A DNA stretch of 64,000 nt from NCBI GenBank assembly GCA_035552595.1, contig DASZKZ010000056.1:207-64206 (forward strand). The letters are read 5' to 3'. Both the position numbers and the translations under genes were made by a program. Source of the DNA: Candidatus Dormiibacterota bacterium (GTDB taxonomy: Bacteria > Chloroflexota > Dormibacteria > Aeolococcales > Aeolococcaceae). This document shows, one piece after another, positions 27,507-35,217 of the stretch (the first letter of the stretch is position 1; each line of letters starts with the position of its first letter). A model generated the notes under the pieces. The model made no database searches and was not told the DNA's origin. It saw only the letters and a list, made by a program, of their open reading frames with translations.

Positions 27507-28876
27507 GCATCGCGCCCACCCACCGCGCTCTCGAAGCCGGCGCCGGAGCCGGCACCACCGGCCGCCTGACAGCGCAGCTCGACCTGCTCACGCCGTCGGA
27601 ATCCCAACTGAGCCCGCGGCTCACCGACCTCGTGGTCGACGCGCTCGGCGTCGCCGTCGCCGGGCGTGGCCAACCGGTGTCCGTCGCCGCCGCGAGCATC
27701 GTCGGATCGAGCCGTACGCTGTGGGACCGGGCGTGGCTGCACGGTGTGCAGATGCATGCCCTCGATTTCGACGACACCCACGAAGCGTCGCTGTGTCACA
27801 CCGCCGTGGCCCTGCTCCCGGGACTGCTGGCCGCGGCGCTGGAGCGCTCCCTGCCCGCCACCCGGCTGCTCCAGGCCCACCTCTTCGGCGTCCGCGTGGT
27901 CGACTTCCTGGCGCCCCTGGGACCGCGCTTCAACGAGATGGGGCTGCACTCGACCGGCCTGGTCGGCACCCTGGCGGCCGCCGCGGCATCGTCGTGGCTG
28001 CTCGACGGCGACCCCGGCGTGAGCGCGGCGGCGATGGAGTTCGCCGCCCTGACCGCCTCCGGCCTGGGGGCCGCCTTCGGCACCGACGCCAAGCCGATCC
28101 AGGCGGCCCGGACGACCGAGGCGGGCCTGCGCGCCGCGCTGCTCGCGGGTGCCGGGGTGGGCCCGCCCCACGGGGCGGCGCTTGGGCCCCGGGGCCTGGT
28201 CGCGCTCTGGCTCGGTGAGGAGGTGATCGACACGCTGCCCTGGGAGACCATGGCGCCAGAGGCGGTCAGCCAGGTGGCGCTGAAGCCCTATCCCTCGTGC
28301 TTCCTCACCCACTCCACCATCGACGCGATCCTCTGGATCCGCGACCAGCTGGGCATCCGCGATGTCGCCGACGTGGCCCTCGTCGAGGTGGTCGCGCACC
28401 CCGTCGCCATCGCGCTCGCCGACAAGACGGCGCTGCGCACCGCGACCGACGCCAAGTTCAGCCTGCGCTACTGTGCCCGCGAGGCGCTCCTCCGCGGGGT
28501 TCCGGTGGTGGGCAGCTTCGCCGACCACGTCTGGCGCGAGGTCATGGCCGACCGGGAGGGATGGAGCCGCTGGGTGGATCGCGTGGAGGTCCGCGCCGAC
28601 CGCGACCTGCCCAGGGTGGGCGCTCGCGTGGTGCTCCGCACCGTCGACGGCCGCACCTGTGCGCGCGAGGTGATGGCGCCCCATGGCAGCGCCGCCGACC
28701 CGCTGACCGCCACCGAGGTCGACGACAAGTTCCGCGCCAACTGCGCCGGAGCGATGAGCGACGCCCAGGTGGAGGCGGCTCTGGCCGGGGTGCGAGGCCT
28801 CGCCGGCGTCGCCGACCTGGGGGACCTCACCGTGTTCTGCGAGCTGCTGCCGCAGGTGGAGCAGCCCACCCCCTGA
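27503..28876 (+). CDS. MmgE/PrpD-family protein, paralog 2
   Basis: ..VVDALGVAVAG..HALDFDDTHEASLCHTAVALLP..MGLHSTGLVGTL... GTG 27503 overlaps the GntR stop (GTGA). Confidence 0.8.
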   Translation: MSIAPTHRALEAGAGAGTTGRLTAQLDLLTPSESQLSPRLTDLVVDALGVAVAGRGQPVSVAAASIVGSSRTLWDRAWLHGVQMHALDFDDTHEASLCHTAVALLPGLLAAALERSLPATRLLQAHLFGVRVVDFLAPLGPRFNEMGLHSTGLVGTLAAAAASSWLLDGDPGVSAAAMEFAALTASGLGAAFGTDAKPIQAARTTEAGLRAALLAGAGVGPPHGAALGPRGLVALWLGEEVIDTLPWETMAPEAVSQVALKPYPSCFLTHSTIDAILWIRDQLGIRDVADVALVEVVAHPVAIALADKTALRTATDAKFSLRYCAREALLRGVPVVGSFADHVWREVMADREGWSRWVDRVEVRADRDLPRVGARVVLRTVDGRTCAREVMAPHGSAADPLTATEVDDKFRANCAGAMSDAQVEAALAGVRGLAGVADLGDLTVFCELLPQVEQPTP

Positions 28877-28885
28877 TCGCCACGG

Positions 28886-30247
28886 TCAGGTGGCTTGCGC
28901 GCCCCCGACCCGCACCGCGATCTCGCGGATCTCGTCGTCGCTGACCACACGCCGGCGCACCAGCCCCTCGTCGACGATGGCCTGCCAGACCTCGCGCATG
29001 CGCTCGCGCTCGACGCGCAGGCCGAGCTGGTCGAGCTTGTCCTGCAGCGACCACATCCCGCTGGTGCGGTTGATGATCCACTGCTTCTCGCCGCCCACCA
29101 CCGACGGCTCGTACACCCAGTGCAGCAGTGGCTCCACCTTGAGCTCCTGGACCACGATCTCGGTCCCGCCCCAGTTGTGCACCGCCCTGCCGGTCACCGC
29201 ATGGGAGTCGGCGACGCGCACCCCGGAGATGTCCTCGACCAGGCGCGACAGAGAGGTCATCTTCTCCAGCCGGATCCCGGTGCTGACGCCGTAGAGCGCC
29301 TCCAGGGCCAGCGCCATCTGCGCCAGATCGACCTGGCCCGCGGTCGCCGAGATGCCGTTGACGGACACCTCGGTGACCTCGACCCCGGCGTGAACGGCCG
29401 CCAGCGCGTTGGCCACGCCCAAACCGAAGGCGTTGCGGATGTAGGTGCCGATGCGCTGCTTGGGCGCGTACCTGCGGACCATGCCCACGATGTGGTTCCA
29501 GCCCTCGGGGGCGATCCCGGCGGCACCGTCGGAGAGCCAGATCTCGTCGATCTCCGCCTCCGCCATGGCGGTGCAGAACCGTTCCAGGTGCTCGTCGTCG
29601 ACCAGAGTCAACAGGTTGATCCCGGCGCTGCAGCGCAGCCCGTGGCCCTTGATGCGCTCGATGAGCCGGCGCGCGCGCGCGATCTCCTCGTCGAGGGACA
29701 TGGGGACGCCCAGCTCACGCCAGTCGCCGCCCTCCCAGGCCACCCGGTACGCCTCCGACCAGTAGATCGGCGTGATCTCGGGCAGCGACGGCAGCCAGAA
29801 CTCGGCCAGGGTGACCCCCACCTCGGCGGCGATGTCGACCATGCGCTCGGTCATCGTCGCCCCCATCTTGACCTGGAGATCGGGACGCATGGAGCGCAGG
29901 TGGGCCACCTCCTCGCGGAGGTCGGACGTGCTCATCCCCCAGCCGTGCGCGGACACCTCCATGTCGGATACGCCGGCGTCGAGCAGGGCCTCGCCGAGCC
30001 GCCGGCGCTGGCCGCGGTCGAGGGTCACGCCGGGGGTCTGCTCGATGACGCGCAGGGTGATGTCGCGCAGCGTCGTGGACTGCGGGTAGTGGTCGGGGAA
30101 GGGCGCCCCCAGCACCGCGGGATCGCGGTTGTAGGGGCTCACCGCCCACCGACCCGGCTGGTAGCTCCCGGGGCGGCGCCGGCGCGCGAACGCCTCGCGC
30201 ATGAGGCGCGCCTCCTCGGCGGTCAGATGGGGAGGATCGGTGCTCAC
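28886..30247 (-). CDS. DRE-TIM metallolyase-fold protein (IPMS/homocitrate synthase/HMG-CoA-lyase-like) with substituted metal ligands
   Basis: LRDITLRVIEQTPGVTLDRGQRRRLGEALLDAGVSDMEV aligns to DxTLRDGEQ...L..aGv..iEv. IGTYIRNAFGLGVANALAAVHAGV aligns to lHxHNDxGlAvAN. The GTG start overlaps the IPMDH-like stop (GTGA). Confidence 0.6.
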   Translation of the reverse strand: MSTDPPHLTAEEARLMREAFARRRRPGSYQPGRWAVSPYNRDPAVLGAPFPDHYPQSTTLRDITLRVIEQTPGVTLDRGQRRRLGEALLDAGVSDMEVSAHGWGMSTSDLREEVAHLRSMRPDLQVKMGATMTERMVDIAAEVGVTLAEFWLPSLPEITPIYWSEAYRVAWEGGDWRELGVPMSLDEEIARARRLIERIKGHGLRCSAGINLLTLVDDEHLERFCTAMAEAEIDEIWLSDGAAGIAPEGWNHIVGMVRRYAPKQRIGTYIRNAFGLGVANALAAVHAGVEVTEVSVNGISATAGQVDLAQMALALEALYGVSTGIRLEKMTSLSRLVEDISGVRVADSHAVTGRAVHNWGGTEIVVQELKVEPLLHWVYEPSVVGGEKQWIINRTSGMWSLQDKLDQLGLRVERERMREVWQAIVDEGLVRRRVVSDDEIREIAVRVGGAQAT

Positions 30248-31356
30248 GCAGTCGCCGCCTCGGTGGCGCCGCTGTCCAGCTGCGTGACGATGGAGGCGGT
30301 GAGGGCGGTGGTGCTCGCCGTCCCGCCCAGGTCCGGCGTGAGCCGGTCGCGCGCCGACAGGACGCGCGCCACCGCCGCGTCGATGTCGTGGCCGGCGTCG
30401 CGAAGCGCGCCCAGGCCGGCGCCGCGCCCCAGCCACCCGAAGAGCAGGGCCCCGGAGAGGATCTCCGCGATGGGGTTGGCGATGCCGCGCCCGCTGATGT
30501 CGGGCGCCGAACCGTGCACCGCCTGGGCCATGGCGTGGTCCTCGCCGATGTTGAGCCCGGGGGCCAGCCCCAGACCGCCGACCAGGCCGGCCGACGCGTC
30601 GGAGAGGATGTCGCCGAACATGTTGGTGGTGACGATGACGTCGTGCTCCGCGGGACGCGTGATCAAGCGCATCGCGAAGGCGTCGACCAGGAAGTCGTCG
30701 AGCTTGATGTCGGAGTACTCGGCGGCCACTTCGCGGCAGCAGGCGAGAAAGAGCCCGTCACCGCGGCGGAGCACGTTGGCCTTGTGCACCGCCGTGACCT
30801 TGCGGTGCCGGCCTCGATACCGGGCCAGCTCGAAGGCCTGCCGGGCGACGCGCATCGACGCGCGCCGGGTCACCACGCGCAGCGAGATCACCATGTCCTC
30901 GTCGGGCCGGAACTCGCCGTTGCCGTCGAGCACGTTGCGGTCGGCATAGAAGCCCTCGGTGTTCTCGCGCACGATCACCAGGTCGACGGCGTCGGAGACC
31001 GAGGCCACACCTGGCCACGACCTCGAGGGCCGCACATTGGAGTACAGCTCGAAGTTCTTGCGCAGATACCCGCTGGGATTGCGGAAGCGCAGGTCGCCCA
31101 TGGGATAGGCGTGATGGCCGACGGGGCCGAGGATCCAGCCAGGGATCTCGCGCAGCCGGGCCACCACCGCGTCGGGCAGCGTCGAGCCGTGCTCGCGCAC
31201 CGCCGCGGTGCCGGAGGGAAGCCACTCCCAGTCGATGGCCACGCCCCGGATGCGCGCCGCCTGCTCGAGGACCTCGACGGTGGCGGCGACCACCTCGGGC
31301 CCGATGTCGTCGCCCTCGAGCACAGCGATGGTGACCCGCTGGGCGGCGGCGGTCAC
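30244..31356 (-). CDS. Isocitrate/3-isopropylmalate dehydrogenase family protein
   Basis: VTIAVLEGDDIGPEV..VIVRENTEGFYA..NMFGDILSDASAGLVGGLGLAPG..HGSAPDISGRGIANP. Confidence 0.85.
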   Translation of the reverse strand: MTAAAQRVTIAVLEGDDIGPEVVAATVEVLEQAARIRGVAIDWEWLPSGTAAVREHGSTLPDAVVARLREIPGWILGPVGHHAYPMGDLRFRNPSGYLRKNFELYSNVRPSRSWPGVASVSDAVDLVIVRENTEGFYADRNVLDGNGEFRPDEDMVISLRVVTRRASMRVARQAFELARYRGRHRKVTAVHKANVLRRGDGLFLACCREVAAEYSDIKLDDFLVDAFAMRLITRPAEHDVIVTTNMFGDILSDASAGLVGGLGLAPGLNIGEDHAMAQAVHGSAPDISGRGIANPIAEILSGALLFGWLGRGAGLGALRDAGHDIDAAVARVLSARDRLTPDLGGTASTTALTASIVTQLDSGATEAATA

Positions 31357-32315
31357 CGTGACCGCGCCCCGGCGGGATGGCTGGCGCCCGCGGGCCGCGC
31401 GGCGGCCGCCAGCGCGCGGCTGTTGACCACGGTCACTGTGTGCACCTCGTCATCGCTGAAGCCCGCCTCGAGCAGCCGGTCTGCCATGAGCGCGAGCGCG
31501 TCCTCCACCGGCGGGTTGTGGGGCTGGCCGAGGTCGCCGGACACGACCGAGCTGGCCACGCCCGCCTCGCGGATGTTGGCGAACATCACCCCCCACGGGA
31601 TCCTGCCGGCGTACGGGGTGCCGAAGCAGCGCTCCAGCAGGCAGCCGCGCTCGGCGAGCCGCCGCTGCGCCTCCACGGCGAATCGCTGCGAGGGAAAGTC
31701 GGGATGGGTGATCACGATCCGCTCGACACCCTCCTGCCGGGCGGCCTCGACGACAGCGAGCACCTCGTCGGCGTCGAGGTGGCCGGTGCAGAGCACCATC
31801 CGGTGCTCCGCGATGACGCGAAGCACGGCGCGGACGGCCGGCAGCACCTCGCCACCCTCACCGAGCACCGCCACCGGACCGGCGGCGACGCCCCTGGCCT
31901 CGAGCTCCGACTTCAGCACCGCCCACGCGGGTGGGGTTCCGGTGGCGGTGACGTTGTTCACGGATGTCGCCTCGTTGACGGAGTCGAAGGTGGGCAGCCA
32001 GACGAAGCGGCCTCCGGCGCGCGCGAAGACCTCGACCGCCATGGGGTTGATCCCGCCCACCGACGAGTTGAGGGTGACCGCACCGAGCACGTCCACCCCG
32101 GTGGCGGCGCGGACCACGGCGGCGCGCTCCGCTGTCGGTGCGTAGTGCGACTTGAGCACGAACCCGCCGAGTCCGACCTCGCGCACCCGTGCGGCGAGGT
32201 CGAGGTCGCTGATCCGCCGCGGGAAGACGTCCGGCATGACGTGAACATGGAGGTCGTAGCCGCCCGCCACCAGCTCGCGAGCGCGCCGCGTCGGCTCCGG
32301 ATGTGCGGCGCTCAC
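31353..32315 (-). CDS. Amidohydrolase-superfamily-like TIM-barrel protein of unknown function
   Basis: DLHVHV (HxH) near the N-terminus, then TGH (about aa 179), ITHPD (about aa 204) and SGDLG (about aa 261). This is an HxH..H..H..D metal-ligand pattern. 4-nt overlaps on both sides. Confidence 0.55.
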   Translation of the reverse strand: MSAAHPEPTRRARELVAGGYDLHVHVMPDVFPRRISDLDLAARVREVGLGGFVLKSHYAPTAERAAVVRAATGVDVLGAVTLNSSVGGINPMAVEVFARAGGRFVWLPTFDSVNEATSVNNVTATGTPPAWAVLKSELEARGVAAGPVAVLGEGGEVLPAVRAVLRVIAEHRMVLCTGHLDADEVLAVVEAARQEGVERIVITHPDFPSQRFAVEAQRRLAERGCLLERCFGTPYAGRIPWGVMFANIREAGVASSVVSGDLGQPHNPPVEDALALMADRLLEAGFSDDEVHTVTVVNSRALAAAARPAGASHPAGARSR

Positions 32316-33721
32316 TCAGCCGGGTCCGCCACCGTCAGCTGCATCAGCGCGGCCACGTCGGGAGCATCCCAGCCGTTCTCGAGCCGGGTGAGAAGCTGCT
32401 CGGTGCGCTCCACCCCGAGGGTGCGCTGCACGTTGCCACGGAACTTGCGGCGGTGGTCGTCGGGCGTGAAGGGGTTGGCCGAGTTGCCTCGCTGCGCCGG
32501 CACGTCCTCGAGGAACGTGCGGCCCTCTCGGGTGGTGATCTCCACCCGCGCCGGGAAGCGGTCGGGCTCCATGCGCGCATCGACATGGGCGTGCACGCGC
32601 TCGGCCAGGTCGGTGATGCGCGAATCGGCGAGCACCTCGTCGGTGAAGTCGTCCACCTCCACGGTGCCGCGCACCAGCAGCATGGCGACCGCGTACTGCA
32701 CGCCGAACTTCATGTGGTACGCGGAGGCGGGACGGACCTTGGCCTCCCGGGGCTCGGCGATGATGGGCACGGCGCGCTCGGGGAGGTGCACGTCGATGCG
32801 CTCGATGTCGGCGACGGCGAGGTGCTCGCGACGCACGATCTCGGCAGCGCCATCCATCGACGCATGATTCCACACGCCGTTGGGCCATGGCTTGTACGTG
32901 GTCTCGGGGAGCATCCACCGCTCACCGAGGCCGGCGTCGATGCGATCCAGATCGAAGGTCGCCTCGTCCCCGTGGAGCAGCGCGTTGTAGAACCCGAACC
33001 TCCCCTCGATGACCTCGGCGGGGCCGGTGTATCCCTCGGCGGCCAGCAGGGCGCAGGTGAGACCGCCCTCCACGCCCCAGCCGGGGTGGAGGCGCTTGAC
33101 CCAGCTCCCGTCCACCAGGGTCTGCATCAGCCCGGAGGAGCGGCTGCCCGCCATCCCCAGCGCCATGGTGGTGTGACCGCCATCGAGCCCGAGCAGCCGC
33201 GAGCCGATCCCGGCGGCGGCGAACGGTCCGGCGACCCCGGTGCCGTGCAGGCCACGCTGGTGGAACTGATGCGGTGGCGCGCCCGTGTTGATGCGCAGCG
33301 CCACCTCAGCGCCCAGCACCATGGCGAGAAGGCACTGCGCGCCGGTCGCGCCGGTGGACTCGGCGGCCGCCAGCGCGGCGGGCACCGCCACGGAGCTGAT
33401 GTGCACCGCGGCCACGCCGTTCATGTCGTCGTAGTCGGGACCGTGGCCCACCGCGCCGTTCACGAAACCGGCGAGCGGGGCGGGGAGATGCTGCCCGAAT
33501 CCCATGGTGGTGGCCTGTGGGGTGCCGCCGAAGCGGCCCGCCACGCGCGCCACGATGACGGCGCTCTGCTCGCGCGTTCCCGCGATGCACACGCCCACCT
33601 GGTCGACGAGGCGCCAGCGGGCGTCGTCGACCACGGCGTCGGGCAGTTGTTCGAGCCTGGTGTCGGCGATCCATCGACCGAGGCGTTGCGAGATCGTTGA
33701 CAATCCGGTGGCGGTGGTCAC
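32312..33721 (-). CDS. MmgE/PrpD-family protein, paralog 3
   Basis: ..LVDQVGVCIAGTREQS..GHGPDYDDMNGVAAVHISSV..QRGLHGTGVAGPF... I trimmed the start to GTG 33721, behind AGAGGG. Confidence 0.85.
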   Translation of the reverse strand: MTTATGLSTISQRLGRWIADTRLEQLPDAVVDDARWRLVDQVGVCIAGTREQSAVIVARVAGRFGGTPQATTMGFGQHLPAPLAGFVNGAVGHGPDYDDMNGVAAVHISSVAVPAALAAAESTGATGAQCLLAMVLGAEVALRINTGAPPHQFHQRGLHGTGVAGPFAAAGIGSRLLGLDGGHTTMALGMAGSRSSGLMQTLVDGSWVKRLHPGWGVEGGLTCALLAAEGYTGPAEVIEGRFGFYNALLHGDEATFDLDRIDAGLGERWMLPETTYKPWPNGVWNHASMDGAAEIVRREHLAVADIERIDVHLPERAVPIIAEPREAKVRPASAYHMKFGVQYAVAMLLVRGTVEVDDFTDEVLADSRITDLAERVHAHVDARMEPDRFPARVEITTREGRTFLEDVPAQRGNSANPFTPDDHRRKFRGNVQRTLGVERTEQLLTRLENGWDAPDVAALMQLTVADPAE

Positions 33722-33756
33722 GTGGCCCTCTGCGCGGCGGTGGCTCTCACAGAAAC

Positions 33757-33768
33757 TATATTCTATCG
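33757..33768. promoter_or_regulatory. AT-rich motif copy (d), TATATTCTATCG, between the divergent PrpD paralogs 3 and 4
   Basis: It lies 26 nt upstream of ATG 33795 and 36 nt upstream of GTG 33721. It contains TATATT on the + strand and TAGAAT on the - strand, both -10-like hexamers. Confidence 0.4.
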
Positions 33769-33794
33769 TATCCACGTGTGTACCGAGGAGCCGC

Positions 33795-35195
33795 ATGGCC
33801 GCCGCTGAGCTGACCGACGACCTCAGTCACTTCGTCACCACCGTGCGCCTCGCCGATGTCCCGGATGCGGTGCTCGACGCCGCCAAGCGATCGATCATGG
33901 ACGGGCTGGGGCTCGCCGTCGCAGGTTCGCGAACCGCCGCCGCCCACCTGGCGCGCGAGGAGCTGGAGGCGTACGGATGCGGGGTGGCCGAGGCCACCGC
34001 GCTGGGCACCACGCTGCGGCTGCCGAGCCGGTTCGCCGCCTTCCTCAACGGCCTGGCCATCCACGCCGACGACTACGACGACACCCAGCTCGCCGTGCTC
34101 CCTGACCGCGTCTACGGCCTGCTCACCCACCCCACCGCTCCGGTGCTGCCGGCGGCCCTGGCCATCGCCGAACAGCGCGGCGCGTCGGGCGCCGACCTGG
34201 TGACGGCGTACCTCGCCGGCGTCGAGGTGGAGACCAAGATCGCCGAGGCGATCGCGCCCCGGCACTACGACGACGGATTCCACTCCACCGGCACCGCCGG
34301 AGCCATCGGCGCCGCCGCCGCCGCCGCGCGCATGCTCGGCCTCGACGCCGCTGGGGTGGCCGTGAGCCTGGGCATCGGCGCCTCCCTGGCGGCGGGGCTG
34401 CGCGAGAACTTCGGCACCATGACCAAGCCGCTGCATGCCGGCCGTGCCGCGGAGAGCGGCGTGCTGGCGGCACGTCTGGCACAGCGCGGGTTCACCGCGG
34501 CGCACGACGTGCTCGAAGCCCGGCGCGGCTTCTTCAACGCCGCCGGCGGTGGCTACGACGCGACCATGATCGCGGGGCGCGCCGGCAACCCCTGGACCTT
34601 CGCCGAGCCCGGCGTCTCCATCAAGCCGCATCCCTCCGGCTCGCTCACCCATCCCGCCATGGCCGCGCTCGCCGAGCTCATCGCAGAGCACGACATCGCT
34701 CCCGAGCGGGTGGTGCGGGTCACGGTGGGGACCAACCGGCACATGCCCAACGCGCTCATCCACCACCTGCCCACCGACGAGCTGGCCGCCAAGTTCAGCA
34801 TGGAGTTCTGCATGGCGATCCTGCTGCTGCGGCGGCGCGCCGGGCTCGCCGAGTTCACCGATGAGGTGGTCACCAGCCGGGATGCACAGGCGATGCTGGG
34901 GCGCGTGGAGTTCGGGGTCGATCCCGAAGCGGAGGCGGCCGGCTACAACACCATGACCAGCATCGTCAGGGTCCACCTCGACGACGGCCGCACCCTCGAG
35001 GCCCGCGCCGGCTTCGGCCTGGGCAGCCCGCAGCGCCCCATGGACTCCCAGCGTCTGCTGGCCAAGTTCCTGGAGTGCACGGAGGCGGGCGGGATCTCCG
35101 AGGCGGTCGCGCGAGAGGCGGCCGAGCGCGTCGCCCAGCTGGAGACGGAGGCCAGCCTGGAGCCCATCGTCGCCGCGCTCAGCGCTTCAGCCTGA
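33795..35195 (+). CDS. MmgE/PrpD-family protein, paralog 4
   Basis: MAAAELTDDLSHFV..IMDGLGLAVAGSRT..HADDYDDTQL..DDGFHSTGTAGAIG. GAGGAG lies 5 nt before the ATG. Confidence 0.85.
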   Translation: MAAAELTDDLSHFVTTVRLADVPDAVLDAAKRSIMDGLGLAVAGSRTAAAHLAREELEAYGCGVAEATALGTTLRLPSRFAAFLNGLAIHADDYDDTQLAVLPDRVYGLLTHPTAPVLPAALAIAEQRGASGADLVTAYLAGVEVETKIAEAIAPRHYDDGFHSTGTAGAIGAAAAAARMLGLDAAGVAVSLGIGASLAAGLRENFGTMTKPLHAGRAAESGVLAARLAQRGFTAAHDVLEARRGFFNAAGGGYDATMIAGRAGNPWTFAEPGVSIKPHPSGSLTHPAMAALAELIAEHDIAPERVVRVTVGTNRHMPNALIHHLPTDELAAKFSMEFCMAILLLRRRAGLAEFTDEVVTSRDAQAMLGRVEFGVDPEAEAAGYNTMTSIVRVHLDDGRTLEARAGFGLGSPQRPMDSQRLLAKFLECTEAGGISEAVAREAAERVAQLETEASLEPIVAALSASA

Positions 35196-35212
35196 GCCGG
35201 GCCGCTCCCGGC
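35196..35212. terminator. GC-rich hairpin between convergent genes (possible bidirectional terminator)
   Basis: GCCGGG-ccgct-CCCGGC fills most of the 22-nt gap between the PrpD paralog 4 stop and the MFS stop. There is no U-tract. Confidence 0.3.
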
Positions 35213-35217
35213 GCGGG

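Noticed and set aside
28895-32867. Plus-strand ORFs of 684, 585 and 496 aa (28895-30949, 30388-32145, 31377-32867)
   Set aside because: They are shadow ORFs opposite the coupled operon of DRE-TIM, IPMDH-like, amidohydrolase-like and PrpD genes. I see no motifs, and the composition is biased.
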